Below, piece by piece: positions 29,863 through 41,338 of a stretch of DNA of 64,000 bases. Position numbers and translations under genes: made by a program. Under the pieces are notes generated by a model. The model was not told the origin of the DNA. It was given only the letters and a program-made list of their open reading frames with translations, and did no database searches. The DNA comes from an uncultured Gemmatimonadales bacterium (lineage in GTDB: Bacteria; Gemmatimonadota; Gemmatimonadetes; Gemmatimonadales; GWC2-71-9): positions 1 through 64,000 of the forward strand of contig CAWGSK010000013.1 of assembly GCA_963825055.1 (NCBI GenBank), read 5' to 3'. How positions within the stretch are numbered: the first letter of the stretch is position 1; each line of letters opens with the position of its first letter.

Positions 29863-32208
29863 TCACGGGCTCACCGGCGCGAGCTGGTCGGATGGTACCC
29901 AGCCGGCGGTCCGCGCGTCCAGCCGCACCAGGCTCCAGTTGTCCTGGCGGCGGACGACACGCACCGCGGTGGTATGCGGGGCCTGCGCCACGGGGGTTGC
30001 CAGGCCGTGGGGTGAAACCCGGACGGGCTGGTCGGTCACCACCACCACGACCGGACGGTCATACCATCGCTGGAGCAGCAGGCCGAACGTCCCCAGCACT
30101 GCCGCGACCACGATGAGCACCCATGCGGCCCCGCGCCGCAGGCGGCGCGTCACGATGGCCACCCCCCACCCCGTCGCCCAGCACAGCAGGGCCAGCAGCC
30201 ACAGTTCCTCGGGCGTCACCGGCGCCGCGGCCAGCAGGGATGCGGACCGGCCGTCGGGTGGGGGCACGGTGCGTAGCGCGCGCCGGATGGTCCCGTTCCT
30301 CGGGGCAAGCCGCCGGGCGTGCGCCCAGGAGGCCAGGGCCCACCCGTCCGACCCCATGCGATATCGCACCGCCCCCAGGTTGTACCAGTGGGCCGCCACT
30401 TCCGGCCGCCGCGAGGCCCGGCCGGCAAAACTGTCCGAAGCCGCGCGCAGCGCACCGGATCGATAGAGCGCCTCGGCGTCGGGGGCCTGCCCGCGGGCCG
30501 GCGTGCCGAGCAACACCAGCACTCCAACCAGCGCGATGGAAGCCACGCGCCTGCGCCTGGGACTCGCACCGTGAAGCCGCCGGATCAGTGTCCGGGCTTC
30601 GCCGGTCAGGACCGCGATATCCTGGCCGCGCGAGGGCCCGTACCGCCGGGCACTGATGGCCTGGCGAACCCGCACCGCCTCCCGCGCGAGGTCCTCGCTG
30701 ACCCCCGCCGCGCGGAGGGCCGCGACGACCCCCCCGGGATCATGCGAGGCCGCCTCGCCCAGGAGTGCCCGGAGCGTGCGCTCCAGTTCGAGTTCCACCC
30801 CACGCAGGCCCCCGGCCGCGGGCGTCGGCGCGGGAGACTTCGTCCCGTGCTCGCGCCGCCACCAGACCAGCACGTACGACGCCGGGAGCAGGAGTGCCAG
30901 CAGCCACCAGGCCCAGGCCGGCGGACCGTGCAGGAGCCGCCATGCCGGAGACGCGTCCTCACCTGCGAGCAGGGCGGGCGGCGTGGCCCGGCTTGCCTCC
31001 GGGTCGCGCTCGGGAGCAACGGCGATCACCGCTGCCGGCGCGCTGGCGGACGTATAGCCGCGATCGGGGTCGTAGTATGGATACCGGATGGCCGGGAGGG
31101 TTACCGTCCCCGCCGAATCGGGCACCGCGACATAGCGAAACGTCTTGGCCCCACCAACCTCACCGTTCGCCATCTCGATCCGGTCGTCGGTACGGTCCTC
31201 GTAGGCGCGTATTCCGGCTGGCCATCCAAGGTCGGGGTCCGGCCAGAGTGCCACGTTGCCCTGCCCCTTCACGCTGACCGACACCGTCACCGGCTCCCCG
31301 GCGTGGAGCGTGGCGGGCTCCAGGCGGCGCGAGATCTCGAGGCCATGTCCCACGGCGCCGACGAAGCCGGCGGGGCGCCCCGCATCCGGCAGCGGCCGCA
31401 CGCGAATCTTCCGCACCGGGCTCCGCATCGAGTACGGCTCGTCCTGGCTGAAGAACTGGAAGGCCCGCGGCACGCTGTACTGCAGGCTGGCCGAACCCAC
31501 CGTGACGGTGCCCGCCGTCAGCGGGAAGACCACCTGGTGCACAATGAACAGGTCATACCACCGGCCGTTCACCTGCCGGCTGGCCGCGATGCCCGGCGGG
31601 CTCCGCTGGGGATAACTCCACACGCCATCCACGGAGGGCACCTCCAGCGTTGGCGGCCGGCGAAGCTGGAGACGGAGCTCCCTGGGGAACCAGGCCGCGG
31701 TCACGACGTCCACCTGCTCACCCACGACCACGTTGTCGCTGGAGGTCAGGATGGTGAGCGACGCACGGTCGCCCGGCGGCGGAGGCGGCGCGCGGGCGAG
31801 CAATTCCCGGACACGCGGGTTGAGGCTGGGGGTCTGGCTCGCTGCACTCTGCTGCTGCCCCGTCACGACAATCGTGACCGGCGGAGTCTCGGCGGTGTGG
31901 CCTCCCTGGGTGGCGCGGGCGGGGCCCAGTACCCAGGAGCCGACCCGGGTGGCGCGCAGGCGGAGCTCGAGGATGCCCGACCGCGCGACCGGCCCGACCT
32001 GGGACACCTCGCGCCGCTCCGAGCGTCCCACCAGCTCGAACCCGTCCAGCGTCGGCACGGCAATGGCGATAGGGTCGGCGAGGCCGCTCTCGGCGCGCAC
32101 GGTGACCAGGATTTCCTCGTCGAGGTGCACGCGTTCCCGGTCCACCCGGAGTTCGACCTGGAGAGGACCCTGCCCCTGCATGAGCGCCAGCGCCAGGAGG
32201 GCGATCAC
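29863..32208 (-). CDS. BatD-like protein fused to BatE-like TPR/SH3 region
   Basis: Ig-like BatD repeats (GAVG, VKGQGNV, YPYYDP), TM, TPR (WYNLG), SH3-like end (GWVP). Confidence 0.8.
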   Translation of the reverse strand: MIALLALALMQGQGPLQVELRVDRERVHLDEEILVTVRAESGLADPIAIAVPTLDGFELVGRSERREVSQVGPVARSGILELRLRATRVGSWVLGPARATQGGHTAETPPVTIVVTGQQQSAASQTPSLNPRVRELLARAPPPPPGDRASLTILTSSDNVVVGEQVDVVTAAWFPRELRLQLRRPPTLEVPSVDGVWSYPQRSPPGIAASRQVNGRWYDLFIVHQVVFPLTAGTVTVGSASLQYSVPRAFQFFSQDEPYSMRSPVRKIRVRPLPDAGRPAGFVGAVGHGLEISRRLEPATLHAGEPVTVSVSVKGQGNVALWPDPDLGWPAGIRAYEDRTDDRIEMANGEVGGAKTFRYVAVPDSAGTVTLPAIRYPYYDPDRGYTSASAPAAVIAVAPERDPEASRATPPALLAGEDASPAWRLLHGPPAWAWWLLALLLPASYVLVWWRREHGTKSPAPTPAAGGLRGVELELERTLRALLGEAASHDPGGVVAALRAAGVSEDLAREAVRVRQAISARRYGPSRGQDIAVLTGEARTLIRRLHGASPRRRRVASIALVGVLVLLGTPARGQAPDAEALYRSGALRAASDSFAGRASRRPEVAAHWYNLGAVRYRMGSDGWALASWAHARRLAPRNGTIRRALRTVPPPDGRSASLLAAAPVTPEELWLLALLCWATGWGVAIVTRRLRRGAAWVLIVVAAVLGTFGLLLQRWYDRPVVVVVTDQPVRVSPHGLATPVAQAPHTTAVRVVRRQDNWSLVRLDARTAGWVPSDQLAPVSP

Positions 32209-33833
32209 CAGTCCTTCACTCCCGCGGTCGAGACGCGCCCCGCGCGTGCCCGCCGCGCGCGGGTCTCGCGTTCTTCCCGTTCGACCGATCCGAGGATCCG
32301 CTCCGCATCCTGCTCGGAGAGGCCCGAGGGCTGTTCCTGGTCCTGCGCCGGCGGCGGCGGCCCGCCACCGCCGCCACTGCTCGGCGGGGACTGTCCACCA
32401 CCACCGCCCGACTGGTCAGGCGGACGCCGCTGCCGGGCAAGCTCGAGGTTCCATTTGGCGCGCTCGGAGCCGGGCTGGAGGAGCAACGCGTCTTTCAGGC
32501 TCTGCGTGGCACCCTCAAGGTGCGCGGTCGCGTTGGCCGTGTCCGTGCGCGCAAGCAGGAGGTCGATCACGCCCAGGTTGTACAGCGCGCGGTAGCGAAG
32601 GTTCGGATCCAGCGAGCGCGACGCCTCGGTCAGTGCCCGGCGGGCCACATCCAGGTTTCCCGCTGCCATCGCCGCCGTCCCGGCGTTGTACCACGCCGTG
32701 TCCGCCATCGACGTGCCCGCACCCTTCAGGTAGCGCGAGGCCGCCTCCGCCGGGTGCCCCGCCTCCAGCGCCCGCCGGCCGGGCGAAGGCAGCTGGGCCT
32801 CGGCGCTGCCCACGACCATGAGGCCGGCCAGGATGACGAGCGAGGCGCCGCGGCGCGTGAAGGTGTGCAGGAGGAGCAGGACGGCCGCAATCAACGCGGG
32901 AAGCCACGCCATCGGCTTCAGGTCGCTTGCCTGGGTCGCACGCGTCGGCGCGCGCTTGAACGCGGAGAGGAGCTGGCGCAGTGCTCCCGCCTGGTCGGGC
33001 ACGTCGGCCCCGATCACCGATCCCTCGGCGGCATCCGCGATACGTCGCAGGTCTTCCCCCTCCAGCGAGGTCACGACGGGCTGGCCGTTCTCGTCGAGCT
33101 TGTACTCCAGCAGCGTCCCCAGCGAGTCCCGGATGGGGATGCGGGTGCCCTCGGCGGTTCCTTCGCCCACCAGGATGAGGCGGACCCCGGCCTCGCCCAG
33201 CCGGGTGGCCTGTTCGAGCACGCCGGGGAGGGAGTCATGCGTCTCGCCGTCGGTGAACACGACGAGCACGCGATCCGCCGGATCGGAGGAGGCCTCCAGC
33301 AGCCCCCTGCCCTGCGCGAGCACCGCTTCCAGGCTCGTCCCGCCCTCGCTGGCGAGGTCCGGGTCGAGCGCGTCGAGGTAGAGCATGATCGCGCCGACGT
33401 CCACCGTGAGCGGCGACAGGATGTAGCTCCGCCCGGCGAACGCCAGAAGCCCGATCCGGTCGCCTTCGGTGTCCTGCACGAGCCGTCGCGCCTCACGCTT
33501 CGCCCGCTCGAGCCGGCTCGGGTCGACATCCTCCGCCAGCATCGAGCGACTGATATCCACCGCCATGACGAGGCTGAGTGCGCGCGATTCGGCGGTGACC
33601 GTAGTCCGGCCGCCGCGCGGGCCCGCCAGCGCGACGCCCGCCGCCAGCGCGGCCAGCCCCAGTGCGAACGGCGCGGTCCGACCGTAGCCGCGGGCACGCT
33701 CCGCCACGACCGGCGACCATGCGCGCGCCCGCGTTATGCGGCGCCGGCGCAGCCACCAGGCGAGCAGGCCCACGACCAGTGCCACCAGGGGCGAGAGGGC
33801 CAGGAGGAGCGGAGAATCGAAGGTGACGGGCAT
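32205..33833 (-). CDS. vWA-domain protein with C-terminal TPR (BatB-BatC-like fusion)
   Basis: DISRSM, DRIGLLAFAG, TDGE, YNLG, AKWNLEL, terminal KDW. Confidence 0.88.
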   Translation of the reverse strand: MPVTFDSPLLLALSPLVALVVGLLAWWLRRRRITRARAWSPVVAERARGYGRTAPFALGLAALAAGVALAGPRGGRTTVTAESRALSLVMAVDISRSMLAEDVDPSRLERAKREARRLVQDTEGDRIGLLAFAGRSYILSPLTVDVGAIMLYLDALDPDLASEGGTSLEAVLAQGRGLLEASSDPADRVLVVFTDGETHDSLPGVLEQATRLGEAGVRLILVGEGTAEGTRIPIRDSLGTLLEYKLDENGQPVVTSLEGEDLRRIADAAEGSVIGADVPDQAGALRQLLSAFKRAPTRATQASDLKPMAWLPALIAAVLLLLHTFTRRGASLVILAGLMVVGSAEAQLPSPGRRALEAGHPAEAASRYLKGAGTSMADTAWYNAGTAAMAAGNLDVARRALTEASRSLDPNLRYRALYNLGVIDLLLARTDTANATAHLEGATQSLKDALLLQPGSERAKWNLELARQRRPPDQSGGGGGQSPPSSGGGGGPPPPAQDQEQPSGLSEQDAERILGSVEREERETRARRARAGRVSTAGVKDW

Positions 33834-33834
33834 G

Positions 33835-34809
33835 CTATGGCACCCGGAGTCCGGCCGTGGCGCCGATGCCCAGCTCGACCAGGAGGGCCACGAGCCCCGC
33901 CAGGACGAACGGCGGGGTCAGTTCATCGTATTTCACGTATCGCGTGACCTGGATCGGCGTCTTCTCCAGCGCGTCGATCTGGCGGAAGATGCGGCTCAGC
34001 GCCTCGCTGTCCTTGGCCCGGAAGTAGCGCCCGCCCGTCATGCCCGCGATCTCGCGGAGCAGTTCTTCATCGATCCGGACCGGCAGCACCTCGTACCGGA
34101 AGCCGCTGAGGCCGCGTCCGGTGGGGATCGGCGCCTCGCCCTCGGTCCCGACACCGATGGTGTACACCCGCACGCCGAGCGCCGCGGCCGCCTGCGCCGC
34201 CGTGCGCGGGTCAATCGTGCCCCGGTTGTTCTCGCCGTCGGTGAGCAGGAGGACCACTTTCGACTTGCCCGGCACGCGGCGCAGGCGGTTCACCGCGGTG
34301 GCGAGGCCGCTGCCGATGGCGGTCCCGTCCTCCAGCATGCCGCTCCGGAGGTCCATCACCGCCCGCTCGAGCACCGGGTAGTCCACCGTCAGCGGCACCT
34401 GCGTCAGTGCTTCGCCGGCGAACACCACCAGCCCGATCCGGTCGGCGCCCCGTCCCCGGATGAATGACACCGCGTCCATCTTGGCGACCTCCAGCCGGTT
34501 CGATGGCGCGAAGTCCTCGGCGAGCATGCTGCTGGACACGTCGATAGCGACGACGATCCCGATGCCTTCCTTCTTCTGCTCGATGCGGGCGCCACCCGTG
34601 CGGGGGCCGGCGGCGGCGATGATCAGGGCGGCAATCGCCACGCCACGGAGTACCGGCGGGACCCGCAGCACCCACGTTCCGCGCTGGGCCGGCGCCACGA
34701 GGCTCACGTCGCTGTAGCGTGCCCCCGCCGAGCGGCGGCGGTAGCGGAGCCAGGCCCAGATGACGAGACCGAGCAGGAGCAGCAGGATCAGGGGGCGGCT
34801 GAAGCTCAT
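33835..34809 (-). CDS. vWA-domain protein (BatA-like)
   Basis: DVSSSM, DRIGLVVFAG, GTAIG, LTDGENN, GGRYFRA. Confidence 0.9.
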   Translation of the reverse strand: MSFSRPLILLLLLGLVIWAWLRYRRRSAGARYSDVSLVAPAQRGTWVLRVPPVLRGVAIAALIIAAAGPRTGGARIEQKKEGIGIVVAIDVSSSMLAEDFAPSNRLEVAKMDAVSFIRGRGADRIGLVVFAGEALTQVPLTVDYPVLERAVMDLRSGMLEDGTAIGSGLATAVNRLRRVPGKSKVVLLLTDGENNRGTIDPRTAAQAAAALGVRVYTIGVGTEGEAPIPTGRGLSGFRYEVLPVRIDEELLREIAGMTGGRYFRAKDSEALSRIFRQIDALEKTPIQVTRYVKYDELTPPFVLAGLVALLVELGIGATAGLRVP

Positions 34810-35612
34810 GCGCCCGCTCCCGTCAGGCGGAGCCTGAGCTGCTCGGCCTCGAGATATCGCTCGAGCCCCTGGTTCCCCGAGGCCTGCTTGAAGCGCAACC
34901 CGTCCAGGTCGGCGAGCACCCGTCCGAGGTCGTTGGCGGGCCACTCCGGGCGGTGGGTCGCGACCAGCGCCATGACTTCGTCGTTCGACCGGTCGGTGGA
35001 CGCCTCGGGGAGCAGGTCGGCGATGGCGCCGCGGAGCCGGAGGAAGCCGAGATGGGCCACGACCCTGTCTTCACCGGCATCCGACCATTCGCGTACCGTA
35101 TCGTCGTCGAGCGGATCGGGGTCGAAGGGCGGCATGACCGTCTGCGGCGGGCCGCGCCGGCGCCAGAACCACTGGAGTGGCACGACGATGACGAGCGCCA
35201 GGATCAGCATGAACACCAGCGGCATCCAGGTGGTGTAGCGCTGGGCGACCACTGCGGCCGGTGGTTGAATCGGCAGGCTGTCGGGATTCCGGTCAGGCAG
35301 CACGCTCGCGATCCGGATCGTGACGCGGCTCGGCGGGAGGGTATCCTCCACTCCCTCGGGCGACAGCAGGATCGGGCCGGGCACCGTCAGCTCGTGCGGG
35401 CCGGCCTCCCAGGCCACCACCGGATAGCGCACCACGATCGCGTCACCGCGCCGCAGGACCTGCGCGCCGCCCAGCGCGGCGACCGGCCCCTCCGGTTCCC
35501 AGGTGGCGGCGCGCACCGTCACGCCGGCCGGGGGCCGCACGGTCCGTTCGACCCAGACCGTGTCGCCGACGGTCTGCGCGGGCACCTGGAGCAGGGCGAG
35601 GAGGAGGATCAT
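34806..35612 (-). CDS. Bat-operon membrane protein, hypothetical
   Basis: TVGD motif, single TM, coupled between DUF58 and vWA genes. Confidence 0.75.
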   Translation of the reverse strand: MILLLALLQVPAQTVGDTVWVERTVRPPAGVTVRAATWEPEGPVAALGGAQVLRRGDAIVVRYPVVAWEAGPHELTVPGPILLSPEGVEDTLPPSRVTIRIASVLPDRNPDSLPIQPPAAVVAQRYTTWMPLVFMLILALVIVVPLQWFWRRRGPPQTVMPPFDPDPLDDDTVREWSDAGEDRVVAHLGFLRLRGAIADLLPEASTDRSNDEVMALVATHRPEWPANDLGRVLADLDGLRFKQASGNQGLERYLEAEQLRLRLTGAGA

Positions 35613-36496
35613 CGGCGCCGGAGCCGCCGGGCCCGCATGGCGAATGCCCGGTGGAGAGGGACCGCATAGTCGTGGTCGGTCGTGAGGGAGACGTGGTCGA
35701 CGCCCGCCGCGGTGAGGGCCCGGTGGCGTTCGTCCCGCCGGGCGGCGGCCAGGTGCCGTGCCTGGGCCCGCACCGCCGGGTCGCCCGTGTCGAGCAGGAC
35801 CCGCTGGTCGGTCTCGGCGTCGTCCAGCTCGATCCACCCGGCATTCGGCAGTTCTTCCTCGCGCGGATCGTCCACCGTGATCGCCACGACGTCATGCCGG
35901 GCGGTGAGCCGCCGGAGCGGACGCCCCCACCCCTCGGCATAGAAGTCCGACAGCACGACCACGATGCTCCGGTGATTGAGCAGCTCGGCCGCGTACGAGA
36001 GCCCCATGGCCAGGTTGGTGCGGCGACCCTCGGGGCGGAACGCGACCAGGTCGCGAATCACGCGGAGCGCATGGCGGCGCCCCTTCACCGGCGGGATGAC
36101 CATCTCGACTTCGTCGGCGAAGAGCAGCGCGCCCACCCGGTCGTTGTGCCGCGCCGCCGCGAGGGCGAGCACGGCGGCCACCTCCACCGCGAGCGATGCC
36201 TTGCTGACCGGCGTACCGAAGCGGGTGGACCCGGACTGGTCCACCACCAGCAGGAGCGTGAGCTCGCGCTCCTCGGTGAAGGTCTTGACGTAGGGACTTG
36301 CGAGACGCGCCGAGACGTTCCAGTCGATCGTGCGGTAGTCGTCGCCCTGCTCGTAGGCGCGGACCTCGGCGAACTCCATGCCCTGGCCGCGGAAGACCGA
36401 GCGATACTCGCCCGCGAAGAGGTTGGCGACGAGCCCGCGCGTGCGGAGCTCGATCTGCTTCACCTGTTTCAGGACGGCGGGATCGATGGCGGGCAT
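35609..36496 (-). CDS. DUF58 domain protein
   Basis: GMEFAEVRAY, IDWNVSAR, DQSGS, LSDF. Confidence 0.92.
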   Translation of the reverse strand: MPAIDPAVLKQVKQIELRTRGLVANLFAGEYRSVFRGQGMEFAEVRAYEQGDDYRTIDWNVSARLASPYVKTFTEERELTLLLVVDQSGSTRFGTPVSKASLAVEVAAVLALAAARHNDRVGALLFADEVEMVIPPVKGRRHALRVIRDLVAFRPEGRRTNLAMGLSYAAELLNHRSIVVVLSDFYAEGWGRPLRRLTARHDVVAITVDDPREEELPNAGWIELDDAETDQRVLLDTGDPAVRAQARHLAAARRDERHRALTAAGVDHVSLTTDHDYAVPLHRAFAMRARRLRRR

Positions 36497-36516
36497 GGGT
36501 GGGGCGGCCCCGGCGC

Positions 36517-37491
<975 letters not shown>

Positions 37492-37522
37492 GCCGTGGTT
37501 GTCTCCCCCGGAACGGGTCCGG

Positions 37523-38251
37523 TCACTGGTCGGATTCCATGCGTACGGCGCGGTACAGTTGCCGCTCCTCCCCCGGCGTCAACGGGCGCCAGGCCCCGGG
37601 CTCGAGGTCACCCAGGCGGACGGGGCCATACGAGAGCCGCGCGAGTCGCTCGACCTTGAGGCCCAGTTCCTCGCACCACTTCCGCACCAGCCGGTTCCGG
37701 CCTTCGGTGAACGTGACGTCAATGAGGGTGCGGTCATTGCGCCCGGGGCTCACCTTCACCTGGACGGGCTGCACCGGCTTCCCGTCCACCATCACCCGCC
37801 CCTTCGCCAGCGGCACGACTTCGCCGGTCGCGCGGCCGTGTGCCAGCACCGAGTACCGGCGCTCGATCCGGTAGCGTGGGTGGGTCAGGCGGTGCACCGC
37901 CTCGCCGTCGGTCGTCAGGAGCAGGAGCCCGGTGGTCATGACATCCAGGCGCCCGACGTACGTCAGGCCCCGCGAGTCGGGCAGGAGGTCGAACACGGTG
38001 GGCCGACCCTGCTCGTCACTCGCCGTGGTGACCACGCCCAGCGGCTTGTGAAAGGCCAGCCACCGGCGGGGGACCAGGTGCACGGCGCGGCCGTTGACCG
38101 TGATCTTCTGGCGGTCGGGATCCACCTTCGACCCGAGTTCCGCCACCTTGCCATTCACCCGTACGCGGCCCTCGGTGATCAGTTTCTCCGCCGCGCGCCG
38201 GGAGGCGACACCCGCCCGGGCCAGGGCCCGCTGCAGGCGCATCTCGCTCAT
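37523..38251 (-). CDS. rluB: RluB/RsuA-family pseudouridine synthase
   Basis: S4 domain, GRLD, EGRN; follows scpB. Confidence 0.85.
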   Translation of the reverse strand: MSEMRLQRALARAGVASRRAAEKLITEGRVRVNGKVAELGSKVDPDRQKITVNGRAVHLVPRRWLAFHKPLGVVTTASDEQGRPTVFDLLPDSRGLTYVGRLDVMTTGLLLLTTDGEAVHRLTHPRYRIERRYSVLAHGRATGEVVPLAKGRVMVDGKPVQPVQVKVSPGRNDRTLIDVTFTEGRNRLVRKWCEELGLKVERLARLSYGPVRLGDLEPGAWRPLTPGEERQLYRAVRMESDQ

Positions 38252-38844
38252 GATTCCGCGGGCACGTAGGCCGCCGCTTCATCGTCGGCCGTTTCGTCCT
38301 CGGAGACTTCCGGCACATGGGTGTGCAGTGCCACCGACAGTTCCTCGGTCCGCGGGAGCTCGGCGAGGTCTCGCAGGCCGAGCAGTTCCAGGAAGAGCGA
38401 GGTGGTGCCATAGAGGAGCGGGCGGCCGAGCGTCTCCGAGCGGCCCACGACTTCGATCAGGCCACGCTCCTGCAGCGTGCGCAGTACGCCCCCCGCGGAC
38501 ACACCGCGAATCTCCTCGATCTCCAGGCGACCCACGGGCTGGCGATACGCGATCACCGCGAGGGTCTCCATCGCGGCGCCGGTCAGCTTCGGGGTGCGCA
38601 CCGAGAATTGCGCGCGCTCGATCGCCGCGGCAAACTGGGCCCGGGTGACGACCTGGTATCCGCCGGCGAGTTCCACCAGCTCCACCGCGTGGCCGTCGAA
38701 GTCGTAATGCTCGCGGAGCTGGTCGAGCGCCAGGCGGACATCGGCCAGCGAGGCGTCACTGTCCAGCGTCTGGAGTTCCTCGACCGTCAGCGGCCGCGCC
38801 GCGGAGAAGAGGGCGGCCTCAATCAGCTGGTTCAGAGGATTCAC
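38248..38844 (-). CDS. scpB: SMC-Scp complex subunit ScpB
   Basis: IEAALF, ETLAVIAYRQP, IRGV, GRPLLYGTT. Confidence 0.95.
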   Translation of the reverse strand: MNPLNQLIEAALFSAARPLTVEELQTLDSDASLADVRLALDQLREHYDFDGHAVELVELAGGYQVVTRAQFAAAIERAQFSVRTPKLTGAAMETLAVIAYRQPVGRLEIEEIRGVSAGGVLRTLQERGLIEVVGRSETLGRPLLYGTTSLFLELLGLRDLAELPRTEELSVALHTHVPEVSEDETADDEAAAYVPAES

Positions 38845-39616
38845 GGAACACCACCATCGGTTGGAAAGCCCCCTCCTGGGTGAGCCGCAGGCGACCGCGC
38901 CGGGCCATCTCCAGGAGGGCGAGAAAAGTCGAAAGCACGTCCACCAGGGTCGGGCGCGGGCCGAGCGCCTCGCGGAACCCGAACGATTCGCGGTCGAGCA
39001 GCAGCGCCTCGAGCCGCAGGGTGGCGCCCTCGACGTCGAGCGGACGCGCCACCACGCGGTGGAGCACCGGGTCGGGGATCGCCGCGATGACGCGCTCGAC
39101 CGCCTCCATCAGCTGCATCACGTCCAGGATCAGCGGCGGTGGGGGCAGGTCCGGCGGGGGCGGCAGGTAGCCCCGGGCGTACTGGTCGGCCCGGCGCGCG
39201 GCCGAGCGCTCCATCCACTCCACGATCTCGCGGATCTGCTGGTACTCGAGCAGCCGTCGGACCAGTTCGTGCCGCGGGTCCTCCCAGCCCTCCTCACCCT
39301 CCCGCCTCGGGAGCAGCATCTGCGCCTTGAGCCGGAGGAGCCGGCCGGCCATGTCCAGGTAATCCGCCGCCTGGTTGAGCCCCAGGTCGTGGATGACGCT
39401 CAGGAACTGGTCGGCGATCCGCGCGATCGGGATATCGGCGATGTCGATCTGCTCCTCGCGGAGCAGGTGCAGCAGCAGGTCGAGCGGCCCGGAGAACGCG
39501 TCGAGTTCGACGACGAACGGCCGGCTGTCGTCGGCCCCCGCCGCCGCCTCGGGCGGGACGTGGTGGTCAGGCACGACGCCGATCGCCGTCACCGCGGATC
39601 CCGGGACGATGGCCAC
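38819..39616 (-). CDS. scpA: Segregation/condensation protein A
   Basis: FSGPLDLLLHL, DPRHELVRRLLEY, FLALLEM. Confidence 0.93.
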   Translation of the reverse strand: MAIVPGSAVTAIGVVPDHHVPPEAAAGADDSRPFVVELDAFSGPLDLLLHLLREEQIDIADIPIARIADQFLSVIHDLGLNQAADYLDMAGRLLRLKAQMLLPRREGEEGWEDPRHELVRRLLEYQQIREIVEWMERSAARRADQYARGYLPPPPDLPPPPLILDVMQLMEAVERVIAAIPDPVLHRVVARPLDVEGATLRLEALLLDRESFGFREALGPRPTLVDVLSTFLALLEMARRGRLRLTQEGAFQPMVVFRESSEPAD

Positions 39617-39806
39617 GGCCTCCCCACCCCGGCGGCGCTGGGGACAGGGCGGATCATCATGGCGGGGCGGCTGGCCGTCACTGCCGGTCCAGGCAACGGA
39701 AGGCACATCGATTCAGGAAAACACATGGGCTGGCAGAAGTTATACGCCCCCCGGCCTTGATGTAAGAGCCCGGGGGACGGCCGCACTGTCCGTCGGTGGG
39801 GTGCCC

Positions 39807-39836
39807 TTGACGCCACCCGGGGCCCGGAGGTAGCTT
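39807..39836 (+). promoter_or_regulatory. Putative sigma70 promoter of rpsT
   Basis: TTGACG-18-TAGCTT. Confidence 0.45.
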
Positions 39837-39893
39837 TCGCGGCTGTCAAAGTAGCACAACGACAACGGGTTCCAGCGAACAGAGGTCAGGAAC

Positions 39894-40150
39894 GTGCCCC
39901 AGATCAGGTCTTCGAAGAAGCGCATGCGGCAGGCCGAAGCGGCCCGCGAGCACAACCGGCCCAGCGGAGCCAGCTCCGCACGGCCGTCAAGAAGGTCCGT
40001 ACCGCCGCCAGCGGCGAAGAGGCCCAGCAGGCTTACGCCGAGGCGGTCTCGGTGCTTGACCGCGCGAGCCGCAAGAACCTGATCCACCGGAACGCCGCGG
40101 CCCGGACCAAGAGCCGGCTGGCGAAGCTCGTCAGCGGCAACGCCGGCTGA
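39894..40150 (+). CDS. rpsT: 30S ribosomal protein S20 (1-bp frameshift near 39960)
   Basis: [15 protein letters not shown] / [33 protein letters not shown]. Confidence 0.93.
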
Positions 40151-40174
40151 GTCTTGCGCCATCCCGGACATGAG

Positions 40175-40204
40175 AACGGCCCCGCCAGATGGCGGGGCCG
40201 TTTT
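40175..40204 (+). terminator. Intrinsic terminator after rpsT
   Basis: aacggccccgcca-ga-tggcggggccgtttt. Confidence 0.8.
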
Positions 40205-40228
40205 GCATTCCGGACCGCTGAAAGGCGA

Positions 40229-41095
40229 CTAGAGGTCCGCCAGCTCCGCGCCACAGCGCTCGCAATACCATTCGGTCGGGCGGTTCATCGTGCCGCACTC
40301 GCCGCACTTGAGCGTGCGGGGCGACGCGGTGCTCGGGCGCGCCTGCTCCTCCACGGGGCGGGCCATGCCGCCACTCGAGCGGCGCCGCGAGGCCGTCATG
40401 CCGTCGTCCTCGGTGACCGACTTGAGGAACGCCAGCTCATCAACCTCGGCCCGCCCCTCAGTGAGCGCCGGCGGCGCCGACCATCCCTCGTCGGCCGGCT
40501 TCTCCGGTTCCGGTTCGGCCTCCTGCTCCGGCGGCGACGCTTCCCCGGACTCCGCCTCCATCACGAATTCGGCCTGCTCCTCGGCCGGTTCTTCGTTCCC
40601 GGTGTCGGCCGCGGGACCGGGCGTTTCCTCTGTCGGAGCAGCACTCTCCTCCGCGGCCCGCTTTTCGCCGACCAACTCCTGGATCGCCGTCAGCCGCTCG
40701 ATCTCGGAATTCACCGAGTCCAGCTCCTCGCCGATGGCCGAGAGATTCCGGTCGGCCTCGCCCTTCACCTCCTGCCAGCGCGAGTCGTCGTACTCGCCCA
40801 CGGAATGCCGTAGCTCAGCCTCGGCCAATACCTCTTCCGCCCGCTGCTGCCGGGTCACGAGACCCGCCCGCGTGTCCTGGTGCCGCGCCAGTTGATCGGC
40901 GACTTCCTCCGTATGCTCGCCAAGCTCCTCCACCACGGCGTCCAGGCGGGTCTGGTAATCCTGCCTGACCTTGGACCGTACCGAGTCCGGAGCCTTGTTC
41001 GATCCGTCGTCCAGCCGCGCAAGCCAGTCGAGGAACTGGTTGCGCTGCTCGATCAGTCGCTCGATGGCGTCGCCGGGTTTTGAGGACTTGGCCAT
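40229..41095 (-). CDS. Coiled-coil protein with acidic linker and C-terminal zinc ribbon
   Basis: GGAG RBS; helical N-terminus with ELRHSVGEY; CGECG..WYCERCG. Confidence 0.85.
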   Translation of the reverse strand: MAKSSKPGDAIERLIEQRNQFLDWLARLDDGSNKAPDSVRSKVRQDYQTRLDAVVEELGEHTEEVADQLARHQDTRAGLVTRQQRAEEVLAEAELRHSVGEYDDSRWQEVKGEADRNLSAIGEELDSVNSEIERLTAIQELVGEKRAAEESAAPTEETPGPAADTGNEEPAEEQAEFVMEAESGEASPPEQEAEPEPEKPADEGWSAPPALTEGRAEVDELAFLKSVTEDDGMTASRRRSSGGMARPVEEQARPSTASPRTLKCGECGTMNRPTEWYCERCGAELADL

Positions 41096-41203
41096 GGATG
41101 CTCCCTCTCCACCGCCGGGGCGGCGGGGGCACAGCAGTTCGGAGGAGTGCAAGAAGTTGCTACTGCTAATGTAACACGGGAGGGCGAGGAGGCCAGCCTT
41201 GGA

Positions 41204-41338
41204 GGATCGGGGATCGGGGATCGGGGATCGGGGATCGGGGATCGGGGATCGGGGATCGCGAAGATACTAACCGCCCAAGCACTAATCACTAATCACTAAT
41301 CACTGCTCGTCACTCCCTACTCCCTACCCCCGCTCCCC
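41204..41338. repeat. Stack of three heptamer arrays (GGATCGG)x7, (CACTAAT)x3, (CTCCCTA)n
   Basis: read directly; the last array overlaps the pyrC stop. Confidence 0.93.

Noticed and set aside
39770..39822. Three-way-junction RNA between scpA and rpsT
   Set aside because: Short GC-rich stems that overlap the predicted promoter and are expected by chance at this GC content.
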